Assembly: GCA_032718475.1 (NCBI GenBank)
Contig: JAUCBJ010006143.1
Location: forward strand, 1,220-65,219
Length of the DNA: 64,000 nucleotides
Reading direction: 5' to 3'
Source: Nemertoderma westbladi
Taxonomy: Eukaryota > Animalia > Xenacoelomorpha
Shown: piece by piece, positions 62,480 through 64,000 of the stretch
Layout of the letters: each line of letters opens with the position of its first letter
How positions within the stretch are numbered: the first letter of the stretch is position 1
Notes under the pieces: model-generated
Databases searched by the model: none
Seen by the model: only the letters and a program-made list of their open reading frames with translations
Told to the model about the DNA's origin: nothing
Position numbers and translations under genes: made by a program

Positions 62480-63770
62480 GGGTCCAGTACTTCAAACAGT
62501 AATTGTAAGGATAGTAAGGATCCAGGGGGAAGCCGGGAACTCTCGGTGTCGGCCTGGCTGGGGACGCTAAACAGGGGCAGTTTCTCAAGGAGTGGCGATT
62601 GGCCAATTGGAAGCAGCAGTTATCGATGTGAAGCCCGATCGCTGAAGTCGAAAAGAACACCGGCGAGTTCACGTTGCTGAGAGAGCGCGGAATGGACAGT
62701 TAGGTGAGAGGAAATAGAGTCCCGATGGAGGATGGCAACAGGTTCACTGGAGCCAAGGTCACCCAACTGGAAGGGGGTAGGAATAACGGGTTTCCAGTTG
62801 TCGATGAGACTGCGAGCGGGGCAGCCGGGGGAACCCGCAGGGGGCCAACTGATACCATGGAGGGGGCAGCTGGGGCCGCAGGGAGGCTGGCTTGTGTAGG
62901 CTCAGGAACATCGGGATTCACTCCAATGTTGGACGTGCTGTCATCGTTCTCCTGATCGGAAGTAGAGCGAGAAGTGAGACTGGAACGCTCCACTCTCAGT
63001 TCAAGTTCTTTGAAAGTTTCATAGTGTCAGCTTGCGGCACTCAGACTGGAGTTTTAGGTTTTGGGCAGCTTGGTCAGCAGCCTGCTGAGCAGCAAATGTG
63101 GCCAGTTCGCCTTCACGATCGTGTGATGACTGAGTTTTGTCGAAATGTTCGAGTTCGAGGTTGGCTTTGAGTTCTTGACAGGCCAATCGGGCAGCCATTC
63201 GAGAACTCGCACCCGAGACAATGGACTGTGTACCGGAACGGGTGTATAGGTAGGTTTACGCAGCAGTGCTGCAGCGGCATGCATTAGCTGCATTGCACAC
63301 TGAGGAGATCCACGTCGCCATGTTCTCGGAGTGGCCGACCAACCGACTGTTTGGAGAGTTTTCATGTGCATCGATGGCGGCGAACTCCAGGACGTCGGTT
63401 AGGTCTTCCAGTAGCAGCTTTAGCGTAGGTACTGCAGCTGCCCTGTCCTTCAATGTTGAGTCGTGTTACATGGGATTTTGCTGTCGTCCGGTTTTGTTTG
63501 AGAAAGTCTACTGGTATCGGTTACTTCTGGTTCTGCTGATACTAGCAGCACTGCCGCTGAGACTGTCAGACTGTAGGCTTCAAGTTCAACTTGATCGAGT
63601 TGCGGGCTGGCAGGGGCTCTTCTTCCACAACGTCAACTGCTGAACTGGGGGTGGGTTGATGTTTGGTTTGCATTTCGTTGACATCCACCAGTCAGCCAGT
63701 GACCTGGGAAAGCGGTCGAAAGGAATGTAGCGATCAGTCATCAGTGACAGAGTCGGCATCGGAATCCATA
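62480..63770 (-). pseudogene. Degenerate GC-richer coding relic, possibly the N-terminus of a BEL/Pao gag
   Basis: Minus strand near 63460-63510 reads FLKQNRTTAKSHVTRL, like BEL gag N-terminal helices, followed by helical and Pro/Ala-rich segments. Many stops. Confidence 0.35.
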
Positions 63771-64000
63771 GTCCTAGCTCAGCTGAACTGCAAGTTTATT
63801 GGAGGACAGGGCAATGGTTCAGTGGTATTTAAAATAGAGTTCAGACTGTTCTGCTGTTAGAAGCAGCAATTATATTTTATTTACAAAAATTCCTGCATTG
63901 AGAAATTTACAGACTTTGAGACAGGCACAGTCAATCAATCTAATGTCTTGGAATGCTAGCGGGCTAGTGTAGCCTATTGCTGTATTGTTACTGCTATACT

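Overview
AT-rich eukaryotic (animal-like) genomic DNA that is almost entirely a nest of mobile elements. From left to right: the 3' part of a Penelope-like retroelement (RT C-terminus plus GIY-YIG); a decayed ~17 kb BEL/Pao LTR retrotransposon (1353-18561, with its 3' LTR resuming at 42904-43611); and a complete 24.3 kb Polinton/Maverick inserted in that 3' LTR (18562-42897; AGTAGT termini, 6-bp TSD GTCGTG). The Polinton encodes pPolB, adenain, major capsid, two minor capsids, integrase, a packaging ATPase and a RING protein, plus PC4-like, TBP-like and DEDD/MAEL-like genes. Three of its genes are split by younger insertions whose removal restores the reading frame. After it come a second Polinton fragment, a second copy of an unknown giant ORF followed by a probable LTR, a host fibrinogen-domain exon, several MITEs and a probable BEL gag relic. 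Three signals stand out. (1) The BEL element has, in the env position, a ~1,240-codon non-membrane ORF with three CCHC knuckles, and a divergent homolog lies at 50.4-54.7 kb. (2) A 17-nt near-palindromic motif, GGAAGACTCGCGAGCCT, recurs 10 times at 1-3 kb spacing along the BEL interior in different reading frames. (3) A TATA-binding-protein-like gene is hidden in the Polinton. All calls are by-eye motif recognition; no searches were run.
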